Below, piece after piece: positions 1-10,635 of a DNA stretch of 64,000 nt. Source of the DNA: an uncultured Verrucomicrobiota bacterium (GTDB lineage: Bacteria > Verrucomicrobiota > Verrucomicrobiia > Limisphaerales > CAIQOK01); the NCBI GenBank assembly GCA_903873415.1, contig CAIQOK010000019.1:8144-72143 (forward strand), written 5' to 3'. The notes below the pieces were generated by a model that worked only from the letters and a program-made list of their open reading frames with translations, had not been told where the DNA came from and made no database searches. Numbering within the stretch: the first letter of the stretch is position 1; each line of letters starts with the position of its first letter. The position numbers and the translations under genes are program-made.

Positions 1-1260
1 ATGTGGATCGTCGAAGGATTGAATCGCGGCCTGGTGCTGCGGTTTTATTGGGATGATGAGAAGACGCCCTCGATTGAATCGCCGGTGCCGGACTTTTTCT
101 GCGTTGGTCATGGCCGGTTCGCACCGGTCAACTCCCTGCCCGTGGTGGTGAATCCGGCCAATGCCTTGAATTGCTACTGGCCAATGCCCTTTCATAAGCA
201 TGCTAGGATCACCCTCTCCAACGAAACCGACAAGGATGTCGAGCTGGTTGCCTATCAGATCACCTATCTCGAAACCGAAGTCCCCGCCAACGCGGGAACC
301 TTTCACGCCCAATACCGCCGGGCTTCAACCGCTGAGCGCAATCCCTACGTGATACTCGATGGGGTGAAGGGCAACGGGCGCTATGTGGGCACTTTCCTGG
401 CATGGACGCAAATGAAGAAAGGCTGGTTCGGCGAAGGGGAGATCAAGTTTTATTTGGATGGGGACGGCCAGTTCCCCACCATCTGCGGCACAGGCACGGA
501 GGATTATTTTCAGGGCAGCTATGGATTTCCACAACCTTACACGACAGCGTATTCAGGGACGGTGCTGCCGGCCTCCGAAAACGCGGTCCCACCCAATTTC
601 TGGAGCCTCTACCGCTGGCACATCCAGGACCCCGTCAACTTCGAGCAGGATTTGAAGGTCACCATTCAGGCGCTTGGCTGGGGATCGGGCGGCAAATACC
701 TCAAGCTCTCTGACAATATCGCCTCCGTCGCCTACTGGTATCAGACCGAACCTCATACACCTTTTCCCAAGCTCCCCTCGCTGTCCGAGCGCCTGTGGGA
801 ACCCAAGCCGGGCACAACAGAAATCCCGGGAGCCATCGAGTGCGAATCCCTCAAATCCACTTCCAGCTCCTCCTCGTTCTCCGCCGCTCCCCAAGACTTG
901 ACCGCCTACGGAAATGGCTGGAGTGGCGGAGCCCAACTCTTCGTTCAGGCACAGAAACCCGGGGACTTCGTTGAACTGGAAATCCTATCCAGAAGCGCCA
1001 CCCCAAAATCAATCATCCTCCACGCCACTAGAGCTCCCGATTACGGAACTCTTGGATTCACGGTCAATGGCGAACACGTCCAGACGATCTTTGACGGCTA
1101 TGCCGGCACTCCAACTCCATCGGGCGCGATCAACCTCGGACTGCATGTGCCAAAAAATGGAAAGTATGTGATCCGCATCGAAGTCACAGGCAGCAATCCG
1201 GCGGCGACCGGATCTAAATATTTCTTCGGCCTCGACGCGCTTGTCGTATCCAAGCTCTGA
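1..1260 (+). CDS. DUF2961 / GH172-family glycoside hydrolase with C-terminal beta-sandwich module (5' end lies outside the window)
   Basis: Motifs NCYWPMPF, GWFGEGEIKFYLDGD, PTICGTGTEDYF and SLYRWHIQDP are typical of DUF2961/GH172; ORF open at position 1. Confidence 0.85.
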   Translation: MWIVEGLNRGLVLRFYWDDEKTPSIESPVPDFFCVGHGRFAPVNSLPVVVNPANALNCYWPMPFHKHARITLSNETDKDVELVAYQITYLETEVPANAGTFHAQYRRASTAERNPYVILDGVKGNGRYVGTFLAWTQMKKGWFGEGEIKFYLDGDGQFPTICGTGTEDYFQGSYGFPQPYTTAYSGTVLPASENAVPPNFWSLYRWHIQDPVNFEQDLKVTIQALGWGSGGKYLKLSDNIASVAYWYQTEPHTPFPKLPSLSERLWEPKPGTTEIPGAIECESLKSTSSSSSFSAAPQDLTAYGNGWSGGAQLFVQAQKPGDFVELEILSRSATPKSIILHATRAPDYGTLGFTVNGEHVQTIFDGYAGTPTPSGAINLGLHVPKNGKYVIRIEVTGSNPAATGSKYFFGLDALVVSKL

Positions 1261-1309
1261 AATCCCACGCTAACGAGCGGCAGCCCCACCGATACAACTC
1301 AAGCCCACC

Positions 1310-2764
1310 ATGAAGCCCTCATCATCGTCCCAACTCTTTGCCGCGGCACTGGGAGTCAATCGACGCGATTTCCTGAAGTCCTCGGCGCTGGTGGCCGCAG
1401 GCCTCTCCTTCTCACGGTTGCCCTCCATGGCCGGACCTTTCACACGGGAGGATTTTGACAAACTCGTCCCTGCGGACAAAAAGCTGCGCCCGGAGTGGGT
1501 CAAGTCCCTGACTTCCCAGGGCGAGCGCACCACGTATCGAGGCGCGGAATTAAAATGGATCGGCATGCCCGTCGGGGGTTTCACCTGCGGTCAACTCTAT
1601 CTCGGAGGAGACGGTCGTTTGTGGCATTGGGATATTTTCCACCGGCATATGGGCACGGGCGACGGGCATTACTCCCAACCGCCTTCGCCCTCTTCACCGC
1701 TTCAGCATGGATTCGCAGTGCAGGTGACCACTGGCGGCGGGAAATCACGGATGCACTTGCTTGACGAAACAGGATGGAACGATGTCTCTTTCACCGGCGA
1801 ATATCCCGTCGGCTATGTGGAGTATCGCGACTCGGAAATCCCAATCACCATCGGTCTGGAGGCATTCTCACCGTTCACTCCGCTTCAAACAGACGACTCG
1901 TCACTGCCGGCCACCATTCTCGAATTCACCGTCCGCAATCCAAGAAATGGTGAATTACAGGTGAAACTTGGGGGCTGGGCCTGTAAAGTGGGGCTGGAGC
2001 GAATCCTTCCGGAACACGAAACGCGCAGAGCGCTGCAGTCGCTCTGGCACTACAACTTTTCCCCGGACTTGGGGCCCTACCGGGCGGCCAACAAACCGGG
2101 CCGCCGGTATGCAATGGCTGGCGAGGCTGGATTATTGATGTGCACATTCCCACGTACGGACTGGGACTACAACAAGGCCAAGGGTCAGGGGGGATCCTCT
2201 GAAGGTGTTGCCGGCTATTTCAACGAGTGTATGAATGGCTTCGAACATCAAGTCGCGGGACATATGATCTGGAAAGGCCTGGTCACGGAGGGACTGGCAA
2301 TCGAACATTCGGTTCGCGACCGATACCATGGGTCAAAGCGCAATCCGTGGAATGAAGTGGAATACGGCGACCACTACGCCCGGAGTATGGCAAGCTACGG
2401 CGCCTTTCTGGCGGCCTGCGGCTTTGAATATCATGGACCGAAAGGTCACATCGCTTTTGCCCCGCGCCTGACGCCGGATAATTTCAGGGCCCCCTTCACA
2501 GCGGCTGAGGGCTGGGGGACTTTCTCTCAGAAAATCGAGGGCCAAAGTATGGAGGCCGAGATTTCCTTGAAACACGGCCAGCTGCGCCTGAGCCGCATCG
2601 CTCTGGCCCTGCCGCCGGGAATCCCGCTCACCACCCCGGGCCTCGCGTGGAATGGAAACACCGTTTCTGCATCCTTCCACCGCAACAACGGCAGGGTTGC
2701 AATCGGATTGAAGGAAGCTCTGCAAATCACAGCCGGACAGACCCTAAAGATTTCACTCAACTGA
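1310..2764 (+). pseudogene. Tat-exported GH116-family glycosidase with a large in-frame internal deletion
   Basis: Tat signal NRRDFLK. GH116 N-domain motifs (IGMPVGG..GQLYLGGDGRLWHWDIF, LEAFSPF..DSSLPA) join at W (1976-1978) directly to late catalytic-barrel motifs (YFNECMNGFEHQVA, RNPWNEVEYGDHYARSMASY). Only 484 aa. Confidence 0.75.
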
Positions 2765-2791
2765 ACACCAAAAAACTGAAACCTGATCCCG

Positions 2792-4828
2792 ATGAAAAAA
2801 CTGATCCTTATCTACTGTCTGCTTTTGAGCCTGCTTGCAGCCGCGCAAGAAATCGCACCCAAGAAAGACTCTGCAACTGCGCAAACCGTTGCACTCAGTT
2901 CCCTCAACCTGCAGGAACTCCACCAGGAGGATCTTTGGGTCCAAGCGAACCGATCCACCGGGCAGCATCCCATGCAAATCGGAGGTGTGAAATACACCAA
3001 CGGAGTCGGTACCGCCGCACGAAGCGTCCTCTGGATCGACCTTCAGGGCGGCTCAAGCCACTTTTCGGCTCTGGTCGGAGTGGATGACGAAGTGGTGCCC
3101 CCAACCGTTCAGCGCGAACTCATCGCTGCCGGAAAAAAGGGGCACCCTGTCACCAACATCAACGGGAGTGTGGTGTTCCAGATTTATGGCGATGGCCGGC
3201 TGCTCTGGAAAAGCGGGATTTTACGCACCTGTTTTCCGGCCGAGAAGGCTGAGGTGAATCTGGTCGGAATCCACACCCTGGTCTTGGTGGCAAGCAGTGC
3301 AGGAGACAGTCCAAAGCTTGATCATGCCGACTGGGCCAATGCTTATTTCACAGTCACCGGAGCCAAACCCAAAACGATTGAACCTCCGGTGGAACAGGCC
3401 GAGTGCCTCACCCCAAAGACTTCCCCCAAACCCCGTATCAACGGAGCTTCCGTTTTCGGCGTGCGCCCCGGCTCCCCCTTTCTGTTCACCATCGCCGCAA
3501 CCGGCCAGCGCCCCATCAAGTTCGCAGCCGCAAATCTTCCCAAGGGCTTAAGCCTGGACCCAAATTCGGGCCGAATCACCGGAGTTCTGAAAAAGCGCGG
3601 AGAAACTCTGGTGACACTCCGGGCCGACAATGCCCTGGGCGTCGCGGAGCGGAGATTCAAAATTGTCTGCGGAGACCAGCTCGCCCTTACCCCCCAAATG
3701 GGCTGGAACACTTGGAATGTTTTCCTGCGCGAGCCGGACGAATTCAAGGTCCGATCGGCCGCCGATGCCATGGTGAACAGCGGACTGATCGACCACGGAT
3801 GGACCTACATCAACATCGATGACTGCTGGGAACGCAAACCCGGCTCCAAGGATCCCCTGCTCAACGAAGGCGAGCCGCGCGACGCCGACGGCATGATCGT
3901 TCCGAGCAAGCGGTTTCCAGACATGAAAGGGCTTTGCGATTACATCCACAACAAGGGCCTCAAAGCGGGGATCTACTCGTCTCCCGCCATTTACACGTGC
4001 CAGGGATTTCCCGGAAGCTATCAGCATGAGGAAAAAGATGCCCTCCAATATGCCCGGTGGGGGTTCGACTATTTGAAATATGACTGGTGCTATTACGACA
4101 GCGTTGAGAAGGATCACGGTTTTTCCGAACAGCAAAAGCCTTGGGTCACCATGGCGGCAGCCCTGAAAAAAGTGGACCGCGACATCATTTTCAGCCTGAG
4201 CCAGGTCCTGGAAATGTGGTCCTGGGCAGAGTCCACCGGAGCCAATTCCTGGCGCACCACCGGCGACATCTCCGACACGTGGGAGAGCTATGACGCCATC
4301 GGGTTCACCCAGAACGGCCGCGAGAAATATGCCGGCCCGGGACACTGGAACGACTGCGACATGTTTGTCGTGGGCAAGCTGGGCGGCGGCAAACTCCATC
4401 CCACCCGCCTTACCCCGAACGAGCAATACACACACATCAGCCTCTGGTGCCTGCTCACCTCCCCGCTCCTCATCGGCTGTGACATGACTCAACTCGACGC
4501 ATTCACGCTCAACCTCCTCAGCAACGATGAAGTCATCGAGGTCAATCAGGATCCCTTGGGCAGACAGGCCCGCCGGATTTCCAGAGACGACAATGTGGAG
4601 GTCTGGGCAAAGGACATGGAAGATGGGAGCAAAGCAGTCGGCCTGTTCAACCGCGGAGAGTTCGGGAATTCCGTCACCGTGAGCTGGAGCCAACTCGGGG
4701 TCAATGGCAAGCAAACCGTGCGCGATCTCTGGCGTCAACTGGATCTGGGATCCTTCGATAAATCCTTCGGCGCGCCGGTTCCCAGGCATGGCGTGAAGTT
4801 GCTCCGCATCAAACCGATTGGAAACTGA
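2792..4828 (+). CDS. Secreted GH27 alpha-galactosidase with NPCBM/NEW2 and He_PIG Ig-like domains
   Basis: Signal peptide; NPCBM motifs VGVDDE and DHADWANA; Ig-like LPKGLSLDPNSGRITG; GH27 motifs TPQMGWNTW, INIDDCW, YLKYDWC, WRTTGDI. Confidence 0.92.
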   Translation: MKKLILIYCLLLSLLAAAQEIAPKKDSATAQTVALSSLNLQELHQEDLWVQANRSTGQHPMQIGGVKYTNGVGTAARSVLWIDLQGGSSHFSALVGVDDEVVPPTVQRELIAAGKKGHPVTNINGSVVFQIYGDGRLLWKSGILRTCFPAEKAEVNLVGIHTLVLVASSAGDSPKLDHADWANAYFTVTGAKPKTIEPPVEQAECLTPKTSPKPRINGASVFGVRPGSPFLFTIAATGQRPIKFAAANLPKGLSLDPNSGRITGVLKKRGETLVTLRADNALGVAERRFKIVCGDQLALTPQMGWNTWNVFLREPDEFKVRSAADAMVNSGLIDHGWTYINIDDCWERKPGSKDPLLNEGEPRDADGMIVPSKRFPDMKGLCDYIHNKGLKAGIYSSPAIYTCQGFPGSYQHEEKDALQYARWGFDYLKYDWCYYDSVEKDHGFSEQQKPWVTMAAALKKVDRDIIFSLSQVLEMWSWAESTGANSWRTTGDISDTWESYDAIGFTQNGREKYAGPGHWNDCDMFVVGKLGGGKLHPTRLTPNEQYTHISLWCLLTSPLLIGCDMTQLDAFTLNLLSNDEVIEVNQDPLGRQARRISRDDNVEVWAKDMEDGSKAVGLFNRGEFGNSVTVSWSQLGVNGKQTVRDLWRQLDLGSFDKSFGAPVPRHGVKLLRIKPIGN

Positions 4829-4908
4829 ACCTCCATCGGAGACACGGAAATCGAACCTTCCTGGATATGATGTTGAACCTTGTGATCAGGCCCTGCCCTG
4901 AGGATCAA

Positions 4909-4934
4909 AAAAAATTGTAAAAAACCAATTTTTT
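4909..4934. promoter_or_regulatory. AT-rich inverted repeat, candidate operator upstream of the DUF4838 gene
   Basis: AAAAAATTG-n8-CAATTTTTT, ending 20 nt before ATG 4954. Confidence 0.35.
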
Positions 4935-4953
4935 CATCAATTTCAACCCAAGC

Positions 4954-6876
4954 ATGAACGACAAAACACCACCCCAAACCGCTATCGCAGGCCGGTCGCC
5001 CCGGCGCTTGTCACTCAAACGAACACTCGGCATTTCACTCCTGATTTCCTTGATCGGCTTTCCGGCCCGGGCGGAATGGCGGAATTCCCTGAAGCCCGCC
5101 GGCAACCCGTGTGGGCAGCTGGTCCTGGTGAACGACGGCAAACCCATGTCCGGCATCGTATGCCCGGACAACGCCACGCCTCAGGACAGGGCTGCCGCCA
5201 CCGAACTACAAAAGTGGATCCGGGAGATCACGGGGGTCACTCTGGACATCAATTATGGAGGTGCCCGCGGCAATCTCATCCTCATGCGCACCGACCCGGC
5301 ACTTGGTGACGGAGGCTACACCATCACCAATCTCTACTCCCACATCCGGCTTACCGGCGGCACCCACCGCGGCATGATGAACGCCGTATATGCACTGTTG
5401 GAGGAGGACATGGGCTGCCGGTTCTACACACCGGATTCCATTCGCATCCCCCGAACCAACACACTGGTGATCAGTCCGGTTGGCCGCCGCTACACCCCGC
5501 AGCTGCGACTGCGGGATCCCTTTTATCACTGCGCTTTCGATGCGGACTGGTCTTTGCGGAACCGGACAAGCGCCCCCCACGCCGCAGTTCCGGAGGTCAG
5601 CGGCGGCCATATGGATTACGCCAACATGTTTGTCCATACCGCCGAACAGCTCGTTCCACCGGACAAATATTTCGCCAAGTATTCCGACTATTTCGCCCAA
5701 CTCACCAACGGCACCCGCACCGCGCGCCAGCTCTGCCCCACCCACCCGGAAGTGGCTGCTATCGCAATCGATTATGTCCGACAGGTCTTGCAGAAAAACC
5801 CCGACACCGAACTGATCAGTATCTCCAAAAACGACAACACCACAGTCTGCCACTGCGAGCGTTGTTCAAAACTGCGAACCGAGGAGGGATCAGATATGGC
5901 CAATCAACTGGTCCTCGTCAACCGCGTCGCCGAAGCGATCGAATCCGACTACCCCAAAGTCACCATAGACACCTTGGCGTATCTGGAAACCATCCGCGTT
6001 CCTAAGACCATTCGTCCCCGCAAAAATGTGGCGATCCGACTGTGCAATGACAACGTGGGCGCATGGCGGCAACCCTTCACTCCAGCAGCCCAATGCGACG
6101 TGGCCCGACTGGTAAAGGCCTGGAGCGAGGTGCACAACCGCATCTACATCTGGGATTACAACGTCAACTTCAGCCATTACCTGGCACCCATGCCCAACCT
6201 GGACATCATCGCCTCGAACATCCGCTTCTGGGTCACCAACCATGCCGAAGGCGTCATGCTTCAGGGCGGTTATCAGGGGCCTGCGGAACGGGATGAGCTC
6301 AAGAGCTGGGTTGCCAGCAAGCTGCTCTGGAACCCGGCTTTAGACGAGAAGGCCCTGACCAAGGACTTCATTTGGGGGCACTATGGCAAAGCCGCCCAGC
6401 CCCTCGAGGACTACGAAAAGCTTCTGGACCAAATGCGTTCCCAGTTCGCCACCGAAATGGACAAACCGGCGGGAGGTATTCACTACCACATGGACGCCCC
6501 ATTCCTGACCCGGGAATTCGCCATGCGGGCCACGGAGCTCTTTGCAAAGGCCCGCGCTCTGGCCGAAGGGGACCCCCAGCTCATCCGCCGGGTGGACCGG
6601 GCCCGCTTGCCTCTGCTCTACCTGCAGTGCGCCCGCGGCCCCGGATTCACCGATGCAAACTATGGAAGCGTGGTGAAGGAGTTCGAACGCATCGCGCGAA
6701 TCGAAAACGTGCGGCATCTGGCGGAGCACGGTCAAGGCTTCGAGGAAAAACTCGAACACTACAGGAAGCAAGACACGGGCCCCAAACGCCTGCGCTATGC
6801 TCTGCTCGCAGTGGCCGCAGCCGCAGGACTTGGCATCGGACTATTCCGACGTTCCCGTAATAAAACTGCGCTCTGA
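4954..6876 (+). CDS. DUF4838 family protein (putative glycan hydrolase) with C-terminal membrane anchor
   Basis: Signal peptide; GH20/GH67-like N-domain (AATELQKWIREITG, AVYALLEEDMGCRFY); motifs FVHT, QLCPTHP, CHCERC, TLAY, IWDY; hydrophobic then basic C-terminus. Confidence 0.8.
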   Translation: MNDKTPPQTAIAGRSPRRLSLKRTLGISLLISLIGFPARAEWRNSLKPAGNPCGQLVLVNDGKPMSGIVCPDNATPQDRAAATELQKWIREITGVTLDINYGGARGNLILMRTDPALGDGGYTITNLYSHIRLTGGTHRGMMNAVYALLEEDMGCRFYTPDSIRIPRTNTLVISPVGRRYTPQLRLRDPFYHCAFDADWSLRNRTSAPHAAVPEVSGGHMDYANMFVHTAEQLVPPDKYFAKYSDYFAQLTNGTRTARQLCPTHPEVAAIAIDYVRQVLQKNPDTELISISKNDNTTVCHCERCSKLRTEEGSDMANQLVLVNRVAEAIESDYPKVTIDTLAYLETIRVPKTIRPRKNVAIRLCNDNVGAWRQPFTPAAQCDVARLVKAWSEVHNRIYIWDYNVNFSHYLAPMPNLDIIASNIRFWVTNHAEGVMLQGGYQGPAERDELKSWVASKLLWNPALDEKALTKDFIWGHYGKAAQPLEDYEKLLDQMRSQFATEMDKPAGGIHYHMDAPFLTREFAMRATELFAKARALAEGDPQLIRRVDRARLPLLYLQCARGPGFTDANYGSVVKEFERIARIENVRHLAEHGQGFEEKLEHYRKQDTGPKRLRYALLAVAAAAGLGIGLFRRSRNKTAL

Positions 6877-6931
6877 CCGGCACCTGCCTATTCGAGTCCA
6901 ATTCCGAACCCAATGTTGTCCAACGCCACCG

Positions 6932-8152
6932 ATGAAAAATCTCCGTGTCTTGCCCCTGACGATAGCAGCAATATTGCCGCTTGCATGTTGGGTGCTCTTC
7001 TCTGGTTGCGCCACTAAGCACCCCGCAACCGTTCAATCCGGTCCTTGGAACCTTCCGCAGCTCGAGCAGTCTCCGGTGACCGAATGGGGGGCCCGCACCG
7101 GTCTGGTGCAGGAGGTCTTCTATCAGGGAGAGCCCTTCGCTGGAAAACCCACCCGGATCTTTGCCTATCTTGCGCGTCCGGCGGGCCGGGGCCCATTTCC
7201 AGCGATGGTGCTGGTGCACGGCGGGGGCGGGAAGGCTTTCCGAAACTGGGCCCAACACTGGGCCGACCGCGGCTATGTGGCCATCGCCATGGACACCGCA
7301 GGCGCAGGCCCCAACGGCCACCTTCCTGACGGCGGACCAGACCAGAGCGACGAACTCAAATTCCGCGACTTCTCCCCAGCCGAAATCCCCCAGATGTGGA
7401 CCTACCATGCGGTGGCCGCAGTGATTCGCGCCCATTCACTCCTACGATCCCTCCCTGAAGTGGACCGGGATCGCATCGGCCTGACCGGCATCAGTTGGGG
7501 CGGCTATCTGGCCTGCATCGTCGCGGGTATCGATCACCGCTTCAAGGTGGCTGTGCCGGTCTACGGTTGCGGTTTTCTGGGAGACAACAGCTACTGGACC
7601 GATAAATCCCTTGCCGCAATGCGGCCCGCGGCGCGGCACCTCTGGCTGGCCACCTTCGATCCTTCAAACTATGTCGGCGGAACCCGCTGCCCCATCCTGT
7701 TTCTGGATGGTTCAAACGACTTCGCCTATCCCCTCGACAGCCTTAAGAAAACCAGCAACCTGGTCCAACACTCCTATAGTCACACCAGCATCATCCTCAA
7801 CCTGCCTCATGGTCATATCTGGGATTTCGGCGAGGTGGACGCCTTTGTGGACACCGCGTTGCGCGGCCTCCTGCCACTCCCGGAACCGGGCCCGGTCACA
7901 CTCCGCGATGGGATGGTCTCTGCCCCTGTCCAAGGAACAAGCGGGGTCAAAAAGGCCGAACTGATTTACACCGCGGATACGGGAGTTTGGCAGAAGCGCG
8001 CATGGAGAGCCGTTCCAGCCCTGCTGACGGGAGGCACCATCTCAGCTCGCCTTCCTGATCAGCGCCCGCTAAGCTTTTACATTTGCCTCACAGACGAACG
8101 AGGCCTGCGCACAAGCACAACGGTGCAAGAGTCACTCCAAACGAAACCCTAA
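6932..8152 (+). CDS. Acetylxylan-esterase-like alpha/beta hydrolase, probable lipoprotein
   Basis: LVHGGGG oxyanion region, GISWGG nucleophile elbow, ND...HGH; lipobox-like FSGC; start taken at MKNLRV. Confidence 0.8.
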   Translation: MKNLRVLPLTIAAILPLACWVLFSGCATKHPATVQSGPWNLPQLEQSPVTEWGARTGLVQEVFYQGEPFAGKPTRIFAYLARPAGRGPFPAMVLVHGGGGKAFRNWAQHWADRGYVAIAMDTAGAGPNGHLPDGGPDQSDELKFRDFSPAEIPQMWTYHAVAAVIRAHSLLRSLPEVDRDRIGLTGISWGGYLACIVAGIDHRFKVAVPVYGCGFLGDNSYWTDKSLAAMRPAARHLWLATFDPSNYVGGTRCPILFLDGSNDFAYPLDSLKKTSNLVQHSYSHTSIILNLPHGHIWDFGEVDAFVDTALRGLLPLPEPGPVTLRDGMVSAPVQGTSGVKKAELIYTADTGVWQKRAWRAVPALLTGGTISARLPDQRPLSFYICLTDERGLRTSTTVQESLQTKP

Positions 8153-8317
8153 CCACATTTGAAAAAGGGAACCGCGCAGTCCTCAGAAGTTTCTTTCGGA
8201 TGCTTGGTTTCTTGATGGTTCAAAATCAAAAACCGACGTAATTCAGAAAAATTCGGGAAACTGTTCTGATAGCCTCAGCCCCTCCAACGCCATTCCCGAC
8301 CCCATCCGTGTACAAAC

Positions 8318-8346
8318 AAAAAGCCGGATAACAAGTCCGGCTTTTT
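8318..8346. terminator. Bidirectional intrinsic terminator-like hairpin
   Basis: AAAAAGCCGGA-TAACAAG-TCCGGCTTTTT, extended by outer arms CCGTGT/ACACGG (8306-8354). Confidence 0.6.
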
Positions 8347-8783
8347 ACACACGGCGCTGAGAACGCAACGCCTTCTAACGCCCCCACCATAGCCACACAC
8401 AAGCCCCTTACAAAGTCACCAGAACTGGGGACACCATCGGCGCGTCCCGGCCGTGCGCCTTGGCCATCCATTCAATTCTATGCACGCACCATCCCCTTGC
8501 GCGCCATGACCACGCCTTTCAATCGCTTGTTGGGGTTCGGCGATTGATCCAGCAGGGCGCTGGATTGACAGGCTGAACCGACCAGACTTCCCCTCCTAAA
8601 GCCGGTGTGCCCCGCCCCAAACCAGCGGAGGCCCGGCAGCGCGCTATCCGGAACAAATCCCGACCGCCGCGCAGCGCTGCTTTCTTGATTCCCCTCGCAC
8701 AGAATACAGCCGAAAAAGCGACAATTGAAAACCTTGACCTGGATGGAAACACCCACTTACAGTTCCATCAAAATCCCGTCACA

Positions 8784-9644
8784 ATGTCTGAATCAGTCAC
8801 GAATCAACCGCGTCGCATGAAAGGATTGCTTCCCGACCCTCAAGCCTCCCGCTCCGATGGCTCCATCAACGAGAGGGCTTTCACTTTGATAGAACTGCTG
8901 GTAGTGATTGCGGTCATTGCCATTCTTGCTTCCTTGCTGCTCCCGGCGCTCTCGGCCTCCAAGCGGAAGGCTTTGGAAGTCAATTGCGTCAACAACCTCA
9001 AGCAAATCAGCGTCTGCGGCTTCATGTATGTTCAGGATACGCGCAAACTTATTTCGTATTACCCATATGATCCAACCTATGTGTCCACCCTTTGGATGGG
9101 CAGCCTGATCCAGTATCAGTCCTCGGTGACCAAGGTGCGCTACTGCCCAGCGGCCCCGACCAACACGACAACCACAGGTGTGGGCAGTGCCGATGTGGCC
9201 TGGCTATGGGGTTCAACACCGCCAATGCGCGGCAGTTACGCCCTCAACGGATGGCTCTATGATTCTAGCGATCCGTATGGGACGCCGACCCAATTCGGGT
9301 TTGGCACGGAAAACGGGGTCCAAAAACCCGCTCAAACTCCCTTTTTCGGAGATGCCATCTGGGTCGATGCCTGGGCGGAGGCTCAGGATCCTCCCGCCCT
9401 GAACCTTTATGCCGGGAATGTGGGCAGCGGAGCCATTGGCGGAGGCATGGGGCGCTGGAGCATCGCCCGGCACAGCACTCCAATCAGGCAAAGTGCGCGG
9501 AGCACCAGCGGCGGAGGGATGAGCGGCGCAATCAATCTGGGCTATTTCGACGGGCACGTGGAAGTGGTGAAACTCTTTAATTTATGGAATCAGTATTGGC
9601 ACCGTAACTATGTCCCCCCGGCCTCCATTCCAGCGCCCCAGTGA
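8784..9644 (+). CDS. Prepilin-type N-terminal cleavage/methylation protein with H-X9-DG-like C-terminus
   Basis: [25 protein letters not shown]; CVNNLKQ; YCP; GSYALNGW; IARH...[12 protein letters not shown]. Start uncertain (8784 or 8817). Confidence 0.9.
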   Translation: MSESVTNQPRRMKGLLPDPQASRSDGSINERAFTLIELLVVIAVIAILASLLLPALSASKRKALEVNCVNNLKQISVCGFMYVQDTRKLISYYPYDPTYVSTLWMGSLIQYQSSVTKVRYCPAAPTNTTTTGVGSADVAWLWGSTPPMRGSYALNGWLYDSSDPYGTPTQFGFGTENGVQKPAQTPFFGDAIWVDAWAEAQDPPALNLYAGNVGSGAIGGGMGRWSIARHSTPIRQSARSTSGGGMSGAINLGYFDGHVEVVKLFNLWNQYWHRNYVPPASIPAPQ

Positions 9645-10045
9645 CCCGCTGCATACCCGACACGATACGTTGCGAAATGAAGGAATGCGCAAGACATAGA
9701 ATCCCCCCCGAAAACAAAGGAAACCTGCGGTTCCGAACCAAAACGGACTGCAGTGAACGTCTTTGACCACGACATCCAAATCCATTTCAAAAGCCATTTC
9801 CTTGCCCGGGGCCAAATCGCCGACAGTGCTTGGCAATGCAATAAAACCGCCCCGACCGGCAGAGGGATTTTTCGGCAGACAACTTCTTCACCTTGTGGTT
9901 TCACATCGGATTCAAGCCTGGAAACCAATCCAAGGCGGCGCTTCTGCCGCGCACGACAACGAAAGTGATTCTCGAATCCCTGCCAGCACTCCCTTCTGCG
10001 GCTCCGCAATTCGGTGGTTGAAGATATAATGATTGCCGAAGGTTG

Positions 10046-10125
10046 TTTCGGCGACATGAAGGGCGGATTGGCAATAATGAGGTCGGCAAAGTTTTTCCGG
10101 CGTCGTCGGTGAGGGTATCGGATTC
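10046..10125 (-). pseudogene. Fragment of an N6-adenine DNA methyltransferase (type I M / type IIG-like)
   Basis: Minus strand reads ESDTLTDDA/(frameshift)KNFADLIIANPPFMSPK, i.e. motif IV NPPF in the context DTLT..W...ADVILANPPFMSPK. Confidence 0.6.
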
Positions 10126-10134
10126 TTAAATGCG

Positions 10135-10200
10135 CGGATCGCGCAAAAGCTGAGGCGCGAGACAACTACGACGCTGGCGTGGATTGGAGAACAGCTCCGG
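10135..10200 (+). mobile_element. C-terminal HTH fragment of a RAYT/IS200-like transposase
   Basis: RIAQKLRRETTTTLAWIGEQLR resembles the RIARRLR.ETTMTL.WIAERL tail of PVC-group Y1 transposases (recalled pattern). Confidence 0.5.
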
Positions 10201-10397
10201 CGTATGCCAACGATCCCGATGCGTTCAACAAGGTGTGGCGCCAGGCCAAGGCACAGGCGGCAAAAATCTGATACCGCTTGTGCAGCGCGCCCACCCCGGG
10301 CGCAGAAACCACCGCTCGCATAAAGGCCTAAGGATTAGCCATGCGAATCTCTCAGCTCCATCCCATGACCCCGAAGGGGCGGGGTGCTGCGCCGGTT

Positions 10398-10426
10398 TTC
10401 TATAGACAGGTCGATCCTCCGGAGCT
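10398..10426 (+). repeat. REP-like palindromic unit
   Basis: TTCTATAGACAGGTCGATCCTCCGGAGCT: imperfect GxTCC-n3-GGAGC hairpin with a CTAnAnACA leader; single copy near the RAYT-like scrap. Confidence 0.3.
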
Positions 10427-10635
10427 TTGAAGACAAGAAGGAAGGCGGAAACCTGAGATGTGAGATTGGTGACGCCCAGTAGCGATCCGATTTTCTAACG
10501 GCGCTCTATGATCGCCGTTGTTGTGTTTGGTGTTCGGAGTTCATAGACCGCCGCTAAAACACAATGAGCTAACAGGCGTCAAGTGCATATGCCCATTCCT
10601 CAATCCTCCGCCAGACGTGCTTCATACGGTGAAAT

